Assembly: GCA_048270185.1 (NCBI GenBank)
Contig: JBLWTJ010000002.1
Coordinates: 1-64,000 of the forward strand
Origin: Bacteriovoracaceae bacterium
GTDB lineage: Bacteria > Bdellovibrionota > Bacteriovoracia > Bacteriovoracales > Bacteriovoracaceae
Reading direction: 5' to 3'
Length of the DNA stretch: 64,000 bases
This document shows positions 27,539 to 37,735 of this stretch, piece after piece. The notes beneath the pieces are model-generated. The model was not told the DNA's origin. It searched no databases and worked only from the letters and a program-made list of their open reading frames with translations. The position numbers were made by a program, and so were the translations under genes. Position 1 is the stretch's first letter, and each line of letters opens with the position of its first letter.

Positions 27539-28195
27539 ATGAGACTACTTATCACTTTATTTATCCTATCTACTTCAGTCTACTCGATGAATCGCACTCA
27601 ACTTGCACAGCTTGCCAAACAAGGTCACGTTGCCCTTGAGTATAAAGAAGTAAAGAAAGTCATTTTCTCAAAAGTTGATATCATTGATGGAATGAATTGT
27701 AGTGTCTATACACCAAGCCAATGTAAAGAGCGCTATGGAAAAAAAGGTGATGGAGTAAATTTTAAAATCAATATCGAACACACTTGGCCTCAATCAAAGG
27801 GCGCTAAAGAGATGCCGGCCAACAGTGATATGCACCACCTCTTTCTAACAAGCAAGGAATCAAATAGTAAGAGAGCAAACCTTCCATTTTGTAATGCCGT
27901 CTATGACTACTGGCAAATGGATGGAAGTATCCAAGGGTTTGATGAGTACTCGCAAGATTGCTTTGAACCACAAGATGCTCATAAAGGAAATGTTGCACGT
28001 GCGATGTTCTACTTTGCCGTACGCTATGACTTCTCAATCGATAAGTACCAAGAAGCTGTCCTTAGAGCGTGGCATGAACTTGATCCAGTGGATGAGCGTG
28101 AACTTGAAAGAAATGAGATTGTTAGATCACTGCAGGGAAATATCAATCCATTCATTTTAGATCCAAACTTGATTGATCAGATAGAAAACTTCTAG
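27539..28195 (+). CDS. Secreted endonuclease I family nuclease
   Basis: NIEHTWPQS, DMHHL, NS.R.N.PF, KGNVARAMFY, QGNINPF. Confidence 0.9.
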   Translation: MRLLITLFILSTSVYSMNRTQLAQLAKQGHVALEYKEVKKVIFSKVDIIDGMNCSVYTPSQCKERYGKKGDGVNFKINIEHTWPQSKGAKEMPANSDMHHLFLTSKESNSKRANLPFCNAVYDYWQMDGSIQGFDEYSQDCFEPQDAHKGNVARAMFYFAVRYDFSIDKYQEAVLRAWHELDPVDERELERNEIVRSLQGNINPFILDPNLIDQIENF

Positions 28196-28953
28196 ACAGA
28201 AGCTTTACAAGAAAGCATTCCACCATCTTTAAAAGTTTCATGATAGAAGTCATTTGCTAACGTCATATCAACTGGTAAATCACTCCCTACTTCATTAAAG
28301 ATGATCGAGATGTCTTTAATAATTCCTTCAACTTTATCTTTATAATTTTCTTCAATATCAAGGGCCGCAATATAGCTTAACTCCTCACCTTCGGCTTTTA
28401 ATGCGAAGTAGATATCGATAATTTTATCTTCATTTTTGACTATAAATCGTCCTAACGCTTGGATTAATTCATCAGGTGTGTTTGCAGGAAGTCCTATTCT
28501 AAACTCAGATCCTTTTTCAATAACTCTCTCTTCAACATTGCTCTGATTCCCCCCCATTAGATCAACAATTTCACTAGGAGAAAATACTTTTCCAAAATCC
28601 ATATCCGCATTTAAGACCATTCCTAGCTCTGAAGCTGCCAAGATATTAAAGAATTGATGACAGTCCATTTTAAGATAAGGAAGTTCCTCACCTCTTTTGC
28701 TGACAATAGAATCAAGGGCGCTTAGAGATGTATAGGCATAAGAATAATTCTTACCATCGATTTCATTATTGAGTAGCCTTACACTTCCCTCTTCAGAACT
28801 TTTTCCTATAACAAATAGTTGAAAATGAAATAATTGACGATAGAAATCAGGTCGGTAAGCTTCATTAGTAGCCGCTGTTAGCATCAATTCTTCGAGCCTA
28901 TTTGAAGGCTTATACTCATTATTCTTTTTAAATAATTTCTTTAAAAAATTCAT
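28192..28953 (-). CDS. SseB family protein (SseB plus SseB_C)
   Basis: N.LE.LM..AA....RP.FY..L; YTS; LN...FGK.F.P.EI. Confidence 0.75.
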   Translation of the reverse strand: MNFLKKLFKKNNEYKPSNRLEELMLTAATNEAYRPDFYRQLFHFQLFVIGKSSEEGSVRLLNNEIDGKNYSYAYTSLSALDSIVSKRGEELPYLKMDCHQFFNILAASELGMVLNADMDFGKVFSPSEIVDLMGGNQSNVEERVIEKGSEFRIGLPANTPDELIQALGRFIVKNEDKIIDIYFALKAEGEELSYIAALDIEENYKDKVEGIIKDISIIFNEVGSDLPVDMTLANDFYHETFKDGGMLSCKASV

Positions 28954-28955
28954 TA

Positions 28956-29972
28956 TTACTCCAAGCTTTGAATTGATTCTTCTATTATTTTGATAGCCTC
29001 TAATGCACTTTCTGCAGTTACAGGAATTTTAGAGAAATCCTTAGTTTGAATTGCCTCAGAAAGCTTCTGATAGAAACCAAGATAATCGCCATGCACTGAC
29101 AATATTTGCTCTTCATTTTCCTCTGTATATAGGATACCTGAATTAGCAGCATCTTCAATGGCAAATCCTTCATCAAGCGGACTCATTTCTTGCGACATTC
29201 TTTCTTCTTGCGGATCAAGTCCCATTTTCTTGTAATTTCCTTTGTTACCAAGAATAGTGAAACGCTGATTTGCCAGTGCATAAGAGGAGCTATGTAGAAT
29301 AGCTCGCATTTCTTTGTATTTTAGAATGAGATGGAAATAATCGATGACACCAGCATTGCCCTTTTGTTCTCCAAGGTCAGCAATAACTTCATCTGGCTTT
29401 CCAAAGAGTTCCAGACACTGATCAATAAGATGCACTCCAATATCGTACAAAATCCCTGTTCCCTCTCCAGGCCTTTCCTTCCACTTCTTTGTTGTACTTT
29501 GATTTGGTCGCCAGCGATCAAAGTGAGATTCAAATTGCATGATCTCCCCGAGTTTCCCCTCAGTGATTAACTTCTTAACAGTTAGGAAATCACAATCCCA
29601 TCTTCGATTATGAAAGACTGTTAATAGAAGATTCTTGTCTTTTGCAAGATCAATTAACTCTTGCCCTTCTTTTGAATTCACAACAAATGGCTTTTCAACC
29701 ACCACATGTTTGCCTGCAAGTAGAGCATCCTTTGCTTGAGGATAATGGGTATCATTTGGCCCGCATAGAATGACAAGATCAATTTCGTCATCTTGATAGA
29801 TATCATTTAATTCACTTACTGCCTTAGCATTAGGAAGTGAAATACTAAGTTCATCTTTGCGAGACGTGAATACTTTTGTGACTTCATAATCAGGACAGGC
29901 CTTAATTAGTGATGTATGAAAGACTTTTCCTGATAGGCCAAAACCTACGATTGCGACATTTATTTTATTCAT
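28956..29972 (-). CDS. Gfo/Idh/MocA oxidoreductase (YdgJ/IolW-like)
   Basis: VGFGLSG..FH, HVVVEKPF, FHNRRWD.DF, LYD.G.HLIDQ. Confidence 0.9.
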   Translation of the reverse strand: MNKINVAIVGFGLSGKVFHTSLIKACPDYEVTKVFTSRKDELSISLPNAKAVSELNDIYQDDEIDLVILCGPNDTHYPQAKDALLAGKHVVVEKPFVVNSKEGQELIDLAKDKNLLLTVFHNRRWDCDFLTVKKLITEGKLGEIMQFESHFDRWRPNQSTTKKWKERPGEGTGILYDIGVHLIDQCLELFGKPDEVIADLGEQKGNAGVIDYFHLILKYKEMRAILHSSSYALANQRFTILGNKGNYKKMGLDPQEERMSQEMSPLDEGFAIEDAANSGILYTEENEEQILSVHGDYLGFYQKLSEAIQTKDFSKIPVTAESALEAIKIIEESIQSLE

Positions 29973-30034
29973 GAATAAATTTTATCACGCTATTATTTAC
30001 TAGCAAAGGTTTTGGACATCAGTTATAAAAGGCC

Positions 30035-30538
30035 ATGCCAATTCAAAAGTACTTTCGCAATTACCCTGACCATATAAAGGATCAAATCGAGGCCCTGATC
30101 GCTAGTGGAAATCTCAAGTCATACCTCTTAAAGAAGTACCCTAATCCTCATGAGATCAACTCGGATAAGTTACTATATAAGTACGCAAATGAGCTTAAAG
30201 ACATGTATATGAAGAATGTCCCACAGCTCAGTAAGGTCATCTACGAAAAACAAAAAGATCTCGTCAACGACGCTCTGGGAACACACACTTTTGTTAGTAG
30301 AAATCACGGTGGAAAACTTAAGAAAAAGCACGAAATGAGAATTTCACGAGTACTTAAAGTTGCGCCAGCTGAAATGTTAAAAATGCTCGTTGTTCATGAG
30401 CTTGCCCACTTCAAAGAAAAAGACCACAACAAGGCCTTCTATAAATTATGCGAGTATATGCAGCCTAATTATCATCAGGTTGAATTTGATCTTCGCCTCT
30501 ATCTCGTTTTACTTGATCAAGGCGAAGATCTCTATTGA
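30035..30538 (+). CDS. ygjP: YgjP-like zincin metallopeptidase-domain protein
   Basis: ALGTHT, VVHELAH.KE.DH.KAFY.LC..M.P.YHQ.EFD.RLYL. Confidence 0.85.
   Translation: MPIQKYFRNYPDHIKDQIEALIASGNLKSYLLKKYPNPHEINSDKLLYKYANELKDMYMKNVPQLSKVIYEKQKDLVNDALGTHTFVSRNHGGKLKKKHEMRISRVLKVAPAEMLKMLVVHELAHFKEKDHNKAFYKLCEYMQPNYHQVEFDLRLYLVLLDQGEDLY
30422..30536 (+). repeat. Direct repeat copy 1 (current ygjP 3' end; attL-like)
   Basis: 115 bp, 4 mismatches to 32793..32907. Confidence 0.95.
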
Positions 30539-30551
30539 GATCAATAGATGA

Positions 30552-30947
30552 CTATTTCTTAACAGACATATCCTTGTATATTTTATTTAATTCATGATTA
30601 CGGTTTTCATATACTTTAAACTTCCACTTTAAGATTACACCTGGATCTTCACTACAACTATAGCCGTATGAAGAAGGAGTTGGTGAATTACAGGCTCTTA
30701 CTGAAGACAGTAAATATATAACTGAAAGAATTGTGACATATGAAATATTTGAACGATCTTTTTTCTTGATCAAATTATAGGCACAGTAAATAAAAGCCAA
30801 AAAGCCAAAAACCATAACAAATAGCTGCAAAAACTCTTTTCCTTTGATCCCATTACCGCCTTGATCACACCACATCCAAAACAAATTAATGATTGGTATA
30901 ATTAAAGTAACACAATAAATTAATTTAGTTCTTTTTTTCAATTTCAT
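30552..30947 (-). CDS. Small 3-TM hypothetical membrane protein (islet cargo)
   Basis: Three hydrophobic segments and a Cys pair in the C-terminal tail. Confidence 0.65.
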   Translation of the reverse strand: MKLKKRTKLIYCVTLIIPIINLFWMWCDQGGNGIKGKEFLQLFVMVFGFLAFIYCAYNLIKKKDRSNISYVTILSVIYLLSSVRACNSPTPSSYGYSCSEDPGVILKWKFKVYENRNHELNKIYKDMSVKK

Positions 30948-30963
30948 AAATTTATATCCGATA

Positions 30964-32022
30964 TTAACAATTTCGATTTTTTGGTGAAAGATTTAGAATA
31001 TATTTAGGCAAAAAAGATCTAAATTTTTCATCAATTATTTTCTTATGCTTTTGATAAAGCACTCCTAAAAAGATGATACTTAAACCGAGAAAAGAAGCTA
31101 CCAATGGAAATGGTAAACTTTGACTGAATACTTTCAACACTAAATATCCAAGATAAGTTACACACCCAATCCCTCCGCAAATAATGAATATAAAGCGATC
31201 TAAGAGAAGTGATAATAGTACAAAGAAAATATTTATAAATAGGTAAAACAAAGTATTAATATCACTGGATTTAAACATTGCATTTACCGTTCCCCAAAAG
31301 AAGAACATACCGGCCAGATAGCCCCAAAATGCAAAGTCTTTCCTTGTTCTCCTATCAATCAAATATGAAACAATTAAAACAGTTAGACCATAACCAACCC
31401 CTATCATTTGATACTCGTGTATTAGAGTGCTTTCCTTTTCCGAATAAAACTTTACGACAACTTGAAGAAGGAGAACAATCGGCGGATGAATGGTCAGTGA
31501 TAATAGTGGGAATTGAATAAACTTCAGCATTGTAATTGCTGCGACTAAGGTCCCGAGGTAAACATATGACCATGACTTCAATACCCATATATCATAGTTA
31601 TCATAAATAGTACTATTTCCATCTGGCCACAAACCATTCATACGAAGATAACCATATATCGTTATCGGGACCATAAATATTGCAACAGTAGCGAGTAAAC
31701 CTCCTGGTATCTCTAATTTCATTATGTGATATAGAAGCAATGCAATGATGGAAAATACCAAGCAATAGATAAGGCCATACTTAAATATTGCTCTTCCGCC
31801 TACTTCTACCCACTTATCGGCAAAGAACCAAGTCATCGCAAAAAGTATAAGCAAACCACCAAAATAATATAGAACATTGGTCAAATTAAATTGTATCTTT
31901 TTAACTTTTGAATTATCAATAGGGCCATTTGAAAGAGATTTCCACAATGGCTCGATCTGTGATTCCGAAATTACACCTTCAGATACAGCGGTAAGCAAGT
32001 CCTCTTTAGAAATTTTAATCAT
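30964..32022 (-). CDS. DUF2157-like polytopic membrane protein (islet cargo)
   Basis: AV.EGVIS..Q...LW, LYYFGGL, DFAFW.YL.G; start moved to ATG 32022 after GAGG. Confidence 0.7.
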   Translation of the reverse strand: MIKISKEDLLTAVSEGVISESQIEPLWKSLSNGPIDNSKVKKIQFNLTNVLYYFGGLLILFAMTWFFADKWVEVGGRAIFKYGLIYCLVFSIIALLLYHIMKLEIPGGLLATVAIFMVPITIYGYLRMNGLWPDGNSTIYDNYDIWVLKSWSYVYLGTLVAAITMLKFIQFPLLSLTIHPPIVLLLQVVVKFYSEKESTLIHEYQMIGVGYGLTVLIVSYLIDRRTRKDFAFWGYLAGMFFFWGTVNAMFKSSDINTLFYLFINIFFVLLSLLLDRFIFIICGGIGCVTYLGYLVLKVFSQSLPFPLVASFLGLSIIFLGVLYQKHKKIIDEKFRSFLPKYILNLSPKNRNC

Positions 32023-32032
32023 CTCAACCTCT

Positions 32033-32644
32033 CTACTTAAAAAAGAATAACGCTGTACCAGCCGCTTTAGCACCTTTTTTGAAAAGACCGAGTCCTAATC
32101 CATGTGGTTCTGGTCTAATTTTTGTGGCAAATCCATGTTGATAACAATAGTTGTTATTAATTTTAGCCTTCACACCAATCTTTCCAATTTTCTTTTGTAG
32201 AAAGGTTTTAGAGGCGCCATTTGGATACTGAATTTGATCCCAATATTTAACAAGCGGCATGAGCTGATAAATATCTAGTTGAAATTCCTTATGTGAATAA
32301 GACAGCTCTCGGTAGAAGCATCTCATGACTTTAACTGACTCAATATTTCCATCTGCTACATCACTTGTATAAAGATTCTCTAGTGCAGGAACGACTTTAT
32401 TTAAACTTTCTTTGATTACTTTTTTTGCTTCAGGAGAAATCTGCATTGTACTAGAGACTTCAATTAGTTTATCCATTGGTTCTTTTGCGTAATCAGCAAG
32501 GCCATCGTCATTTTGATCTACAAAAATTTCTTTTGATAATAGTTGTGAATCAACATATTCTTTATATTGCCCATATCCAATTGCACCAGCTACGACAATA
32601 AAGACCAGTGCACCAAAAGTTATAAGTATATTCTTCGTATTCAT
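32033..32644 (-). CDS. Membrane-anchored hypothetical protein (islet cargo)
   Basis: N-terminal TM, DQNDDGLAD Ca-binding-like loop, SD GAGGGAG. Confidence 0.65.
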   Translation of the reverse strand: MNTKNILITFGALVFIVVAGAIGYGQYKEYVDSQLLSKEIFVDQNDDGLADYAKEPMDKLIEVSSTMQISPEAKKVIKESLNKVVPALENLYTSDVADGNIESVKVMRCFYRELSYSHKEFQLDIYQLMPLVKYWDQIQYPNGASKTFLQKKIGKIGVKAKINNNYCYQHGFATKIRPEPHGLGLGLFKKGAKAAGTALFFFK

Positions 32645-32792
32645 GAGACTCCCTCGACTATATTTGATAAAGACTATTCGACATGAGGGGCTAAAAACAT
32701 GAACAATTTCAAGAACTTAAGAATTAATGAATATTACTAATCTAAGTAGCTAAAAATAAAGGTTCCTATAATCTTTTCGGAGTGAAGAAAAC

Positions 32793-32907
32793 GACCACAA
32801 CAAAGCCTTCTATAAATTATGCGAGTATATGCAGCCAAATTATCATCAGGTTGAATTTGATCTTCGCCTCTATCTCGTTTTACTTGATCAAGGCGAAGAC
32901 CTGTATT
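32793..32907 (+). repeat. Direct repeat copy 2 (displaced ygjP 3' end; attR-like)
   Basis: Same frame reads DHNKAF...GEDLYS-stop; the stop overlaps the stop of the convergent RND gene. Confidence 0.95.
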
Positions 32908-32908
32908 C

Positions 32909-35900
32909 TTAAACTTCTTCTAAAATCTTTCTTCTTTCTCTAGCGATTAGAGAATAGAAACATGGAACAACAACTAGAGTAAAAATTGTCGAAAGGAAAA
33001 CCCCTCCAATGATGACAAGGGCCATTGGTCTTCTTGTTTCTGAACCTGCTCCAACGATAACTGCTGCCGGAACGGCCGAAGCAAGAGTCGTAAAAGTTGT
33101 CATGATAATTGGTCTAAAACGCGTTTCACAAGCCTCTAAAATTGCATCTTTCAAATCTTTACCCTCATCGCGTAATTGATTTGAAAATTCGACAATTAGA
33201 ATTGAAGTCTTCTTAACAATACCCATCGTTAAGAGAATACCAATCATTGAATAAATATTTAGGGTACTACCCGACAACCATAAAGCAATGAAAGATCCTG
33301 CAAGACCAAATGGAATAGCGAGAAAAACCGTAAATGGATCAGAGAAAGAGTTAAACTGGCTCGCTAAAACCATATAAGCAATAACAAGTCCAAGAATCAT
33401 AATGAGAAGAACACTAAAGAGTGACTCATTGAGATCTTTTGAGAACTTTAAGTAATAACCTTTTGGTAGAACTTTTGCTCCAAGATCTTTGATATAATCA
33501 ATGGCCTTACTTTGAGCAACTCCCGTATTTAAATTAGCATCGACTCGTACACCTCTTGATCTATTTTCACGGTAGATTGTTTGAGGACCAAAGGCATCTT
33601 CAATCTTTACAACTTCATCAAGAGTAACAAATTCACCACGATTATTTTGTAGAAGAAGCTCAGAGATATTCTCTCTGGTACGATCTTCCTCTGCAAGCTG
33701 GACGAAAACATCGTAACGGCGCCCGCCTTCAGTATATTTTGTTGCGCTAGAGCCAGCAACACCTACGTTTAGGGCCTCAGCAATTGTTCTTACCTCTACA
33801 CCACGTTGTTGTGCCTTAAGACGATCAGGTAGAACGTGTACTTCTGGAAGTTGTCCTATGTCATCAGAACGAATTCCAACCATTAATTTAGACTCTCGCA
33901 TCCCCTTTTCTAGCTCTTCATATAATTGAGCTTGTATAGCAGCATCAGGACCAGTAATAGTGAATTCAATCGGACTCCCTCTTCGTCCACCAATAGCAGA
34001 GCCCATACGGTCTCGAATTATGATCTTAATTCCTTTAATAACTGAAAGTTCCTTTCTGAGCTGTGCAGCAACTTGGAATTGGTCTAGCTTCCTTTCATCT
34101 CGGTCTTTAAGAATTAAAACACCAAAACCTCTATTTCCAGAAGAAGCACCACGCCCTCCACCAACTGCAACAATCATTCTTTGAATATTTTCGTTCTTAG
34201 CAACGATAGCTTCGTACTCTTTCACTTTTTCGTTAGTGTAATCTAAACTTTTTCCATCTGGAGCAATGAAGATAACAAACATGAAACTACGGTCTGATTC
34301 TGGTGCAAATTCTTTATCGATTCGATTAAGAGACAAGAAAGAAACAAAAATTAAAACAGTCGAAACAAGAAGAACCTTTAGACGATGACCTAGAGCAAAA
34401 GTCAGGATTCCCATATAAATCTTATTTCCAAAATCGACAGCACGATCAACCCAGCGATGTACGAAGATTCCCTGTGAAGTAACATTTAAAAATTGTGAAC
34501 ATCTCATTGGAGCAAGTGTCAGTGCTTCAAGTGAAGAGAGCGAAACCGCAATACAGATCGTCAGAGCAAACTCTTTAAAGAAGCGCCCTTCAATCCCAGG
34601 CATTAAAGTAATCGGCGCAAAGATCGCAATAAGAACGGCCGTCGTTGCAAGAACTGCGAAAGCAATCTCCTTACTTCCTTTAAAAGAAGCTTGGACTTTA
34701 TCGTGCCCCATCTTGGCGTAGCGGACAATATTTTCCAGCATTACAATAGCGTCATCAACAACAATCCCGATAGCAAGCGTTAGACCTAAGAGAGAGAATG
34801 TATTAAGAGAGAATCCCATTAAGTACATAAAAGAAAATGTACCGATGATTGCTGTTGGAATGGCCAAGAGAATATTAACAGTTGCTGACATCGAGTTTAG
34901 AAATAGCCAACAAACTAATGATGTTAGAACAACTGATAAGACAAGGTTTTGCAAAAGCTCATCAATTGATAAACGAATAAATGAAGTTCGATCAAAGTTT
35001 ACTGAAAGTGAAGTACCTTCAGGTAGGTTTTGTGAAATTTCTTTTACACGGGCCTTAACTCGATCAGCAACATCGACAGCATTTACTCCTCTTTGCTTAT
35101 AAATAGGCATTGAAAGAGATGGCTTTTGATTTACACGAGAAATACGAGTACGGTTTTCAACGCCAGCGTAAATATTTGCAACTTCTGATAGTCTAATTGG
35201 TACGTAATTGGCACGACCTCCACGACGACTAATAATCATGTTCTTAAAGTCTTCAACGGTGTGACCTTCACCTAGAACTCTTAAACTCTTCTCATCATTA
35301 ATTGTTTCAAACTTTCCTGCCGGAAGCTCCACACTCTCTCTTTGAAGAGTTTGTACGATATCAGAAAGAGTAAGTTGATAGGCTTCAAGCTTGTCAGCGA
35401 TAACATCAATTCTCATCATTGGGTCACGTGCTCCAAAGGCACGAACTTCAGATACTCCTTCAACAGTAGTAATCTGATCAATTACTCCATCTTTAAATAG
35501 AATATTAAGCTCTCTTTCAGAAAGAGTATCTGAAACGAGAGCAAGATATAAAATAGGATCATCTGCAGCATTAGACTTGGTAACAGTTGGTGTCTCAACA
35601 ACATCAGGTAGTTGTCTTTGAGCTCGTCCAAGTAGTGTTTGTACTTCTTGAAGAGCAAAGTCGATATCTTTATCAAGAGTGAACTCTAAGTTGATACGCC
35701 CTTGCCCACGGCCAGCAGTTGATGTCATATCTTTAATCCCTTGCATCGAAACAAGTATTGACTCTGCTGGTTCAAGAACATCTTTTTCTACAACTTCAGG
35801 TGTGGCACCCTCATATTCGTATGCGATTGATATTGACGGGTAATCAACATCAGGGTTTTCATTAATACCTAACTCTCTAAATCCAAGAATTCCAAAGAGA

Positions 35901-35965
35901 ATTAGAGAAAACATTAACATCCATGCGAAAACAGGATTCTTTATCGATAATGATGATAAACTCAT
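32909..35965 (-). CDS. AcrB/AcrD/AcrF family RND permease
   Basis: SIKNPV, P.VDYP, IGIVVDDAIV.LENI, RFRPIIMTT. Confidence 0.95.
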   Translation of the reverse strand: MSLSSLSIKNPVFAWMLMFSLILFGILGFRELGINENPDVDYPSISIAYEYEGATPEVVEKDVLEPAESILVSMQGIKDMTSTAGRGQGRINLEFTLDKDIDFALQEVQTLLGRAQRQLPDVVETPTVTKSNAADDPILYLALVSDTLSERELNILFKDGVIDQITTVEGVSEVRAFGARDPMMRIDVIADKLEAYQLTLSDIVQTLQRESVELPAGKFETINDEKSLRVLGEGHTVEDFKNMIISRRGGRANYVPIRLSEVANIYAGVENRTRISRVNQKPSLSMPIYKQRGVNAVDVADRVKARVKEISQNLPEGTSLSVNFDRTSFIRLSIDELLQNLVLSVVLTSLVCWLFLNSMSATVNILLAIPTAIIGTFSFMYLMGFSLNTFSLLGLTLAIGIVVDDAIVMLENIVRYAKMGHDKVQASFKGSKEIAFAVLATTAVLIAIFAPITLMPGIEGRFFKEFALTICIAVSLSSLEALTLAPMRCSQFLNVTSQGIFVHRWVDRAVDFGNKIYMGILTFALGHRLKVLLVSTVLIFVSFLSLNRIDKEFAPESDRSFMFVIFIAPDGKSLDYTNEKVKEYEAIVAKNENIQRMIVAVGGGRGASSGNRGFGVLILKDRDERKLDQFQVAAQLRKELSVIKGIKIIIRDRMGSAIGGRRGSPIEFTITGPDAAIQAQLYEELEKGMRESKLMVGIRSDDIGQLPEVHVLPDRLKAQQRGVEVRTIAEALNVGVAGSSATKYTEGGRRYDVFVQLAEEDRTRENISELLLQNNRGEFVTLDEVVKIEDAFGPQTIYRENRSRGVRVDANLNTGVAQSKAIDYIKDLGAKVLPKGYYLKFSKDLNESLFSVLLIMILGLVIAYMVLASQFNSFSDPFTVFLAIPFGLAGSFIALWLSGSTLNIYSMIGILLTMGIVKKTSILIVEFSNQLRDEGKDLKDAILEACETRFRPIIMTTFTTLASAVPAAVIVGAGSETRRPMALVIIGGVFLSTIFTLVVVPCFYSLIARERRKILEEV

Positions 35966-35976
35966 ATTTAACCTTC

Positions 35977-37209
35977 TTAATTTTTAGGAATATTACCTAA
36001 GTAAGCATTAGCTTGATAATATAAAGACTTAACTTCTAAGGCCGACCTAATAGCTAATTTTTCTAAATCAATTACGTCATCAAGTGATCTAATAACCTCA
36101 ATTTGTGTTACTAAGCCTTTATTTAAGTCTTTCAATTGTTCTCGATAAGATGCTCGACTACGATAAAGTGCCTTTCTAAGGGTTATTAATTCATTCTTCT
36201 TATAATCAAAGTTTTTTACAAAAGCCGCCCAGCGATTCACTGTATTTCTTCGATTGAAGTCAATCTGGGCCTTATTAATTTGAGTAACAATATTCTTACT
36301 TGCAACTCTTGATTTTCTCTCACCAAAATCGAGGAGATTCATCGTGACATTTAAACTCACACCCCAATCTCGCTCACCGATAGGATTTTTATCAATATTA
36401 TAGCTAGCGCTTAAGTCAACTTGTGGATAGTAATTAGCTTTTTCAATCTTGGCCTCTGCTATAGAAGCTTCATAATCATACTTTAGACTCTTAAGCTCTG
36501 GTGTATTTTCAAGATCAACATTCATCGACAGTCTTAACTTTAATGGATCAACGCTATCCTTAACTTCTTCAATATAATCAAGGCCAGAGAAGTTAATAAG
36601 ATCAGTCATGGCCGTTTTAACTTGGGCCTTACTCTGAACAAGACCTGCCTCGAGGCGGTGGAGTTGCGATTCGAGTGCATATAAATCAGCTTTTCGATCA
36701 CGGCCAATTTTTGTTCGACTTCTTACAATACGAACCCTCTTGCGCAGGTTTTCAAGTAAGGCTTCGACTCTTTCTTTTTCCTCAATAGCCGAAGACATTT
36801 GAAAAAAGAGTGATGTAAATTGAGAGTAATACTCTGCGAGACTCTTATCTGTTAATGCTTCTGCTTGCTTTGGTACAATCTTATTGTAATCGTATAGCGC
36901 GAACTCGGCTCCTCCTTGAAAGAGCTTTTGTCGTAATGAAAGAAAAACTTCTGAATCGACTTCTTTATTTTGATTCGTAACAGAACTTGGATACTCATCT
37001 TTATAAGTATTAGTATTCGTAATATCTAAACTTGGGTACAAAGTTGATTCAACAGTTTCAAGATCTGAGACTGTTTTCTTTTGTGTTAAATTAAAGACTT
37101 CAACTTGTTTCGATTTCTTTAAAGATTTTAAGTAAAGCTCCTCAACAGAAGCAATAGTTAAACCTGGAGTTAATATAATAAATAATAGACCTACTTTAAA
37201 ATAATTCAA
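35977..37209 (-). CDS. TolC family outer membrane efflux protein
   Basis: Signal peptide, duplicated OEP motifs (LYPSLD; YYPQVDL), position in the RND operon. Confidence 0.85.
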   Translation of the reverse strand: MNYFKVGLLFIILTPGLTIASVEELYLKSLKKSKQVEVFNLTQKKTVSDLETVESTLYPSLDITNTNTYKDEYPSSVTNQNKEVDSEVFLSLRQKLFQGGAEFALYDYNKIVPKQAEALTDKSLAEYYSQFTSLFFQMSSAIEEKERVEALLENLRKRVRIVRSRTKIGRDRKADLYALESQLHRLEAGLVQSKAQVKTAMTDLINFSGLDYIEEVKDSVDPLKLRLSMNVDLENTPELKSLKYDYEASIAEAKIEKANYYPQVDLSASYNIDKNPIGERDWGVSLNVTMNLLDFGERKSRVASKNIVTQINKAQIDFNRRNTVNRWAAFVKNFDYKKNELITLRKALYRSRASYREQLKDLNKGLVTQIEVIRSLDDVIDLEKLAIRSALEVKSLYYQANAYLGNIPKN

Positions 37210-37653
37210 GAATTGCTCTCCTGTAAGTTTTGAACAAAGTTATCTAAAGTCGAAAGAGCACTCATTAATTTCTTAACTTCACTTGAACTCAGATGCTCTA
37301 ATTTCTCTAGAAAATGAAGGCTTGCTCCTGCTTGAACTTTCTCAAACTTCTTCTTACCCTTTTGTGTAATTTTTAGATGTGTTATTCTACGATCTCTATC
37401 GCAGACCTCTCGTGTAAGATACTTATCATTAACTAATGTATCCACAAGTTTAGAAGCCGCTGGACTTGAGACACAAGTCAATTCAGCTAAGTCGCTAACA
37501 GAACATATGCCCTTACTCACCCTTGAAAGAATACGATACTTTGAAAAGCTAAGCTCTGCTTCACTTTCTTGTTTGATATAAGATCTTATGATTCCCATGG
37601 TGGCAGGAATGACTTCAATGAACTTAAGAGATAATGAATCTTTGATAATACAT
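37206..37653 (-). CDS. MarR family regulator (5' end possibly frameshifted; in-frame ATG at 37598)
   Basis: SDLAE...VSSPAASKLVD.L; DRR...LKIT.KG. Confidence 0.85.
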
Positions 37654-37679
37654 AACCTTGTTAATATTTAACTTTGTTA
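37653..37679. promoter_or_regulatory. Tandem palindromic MarR-type operators
   Basis: TAACCTTGTTA (37653-37663) and TAACTTTGTTA (37669-37679). Confidence 0.6.
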
Positions 37680-37735
37680 CATATTTTACAAATTTATTTT
37701 TACATTTCAAATCGAATTCGTATGACGCAATTGTC

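Larger units (their letters stand above)
30422..32907. mobile_element. Integrase-less genomic islet inserted in the ygjP 3' end
   Basis: Three AT-rich minus-strand genes bounded by the 115-bp duplication (offset 2371 bp). Confidence 0.7.

Noticed and set aside
30537..32792. Prophage or IS element
   Set aside because: No integrase, transposase, terminal inverted repeats or phage genes; reported only as an islet
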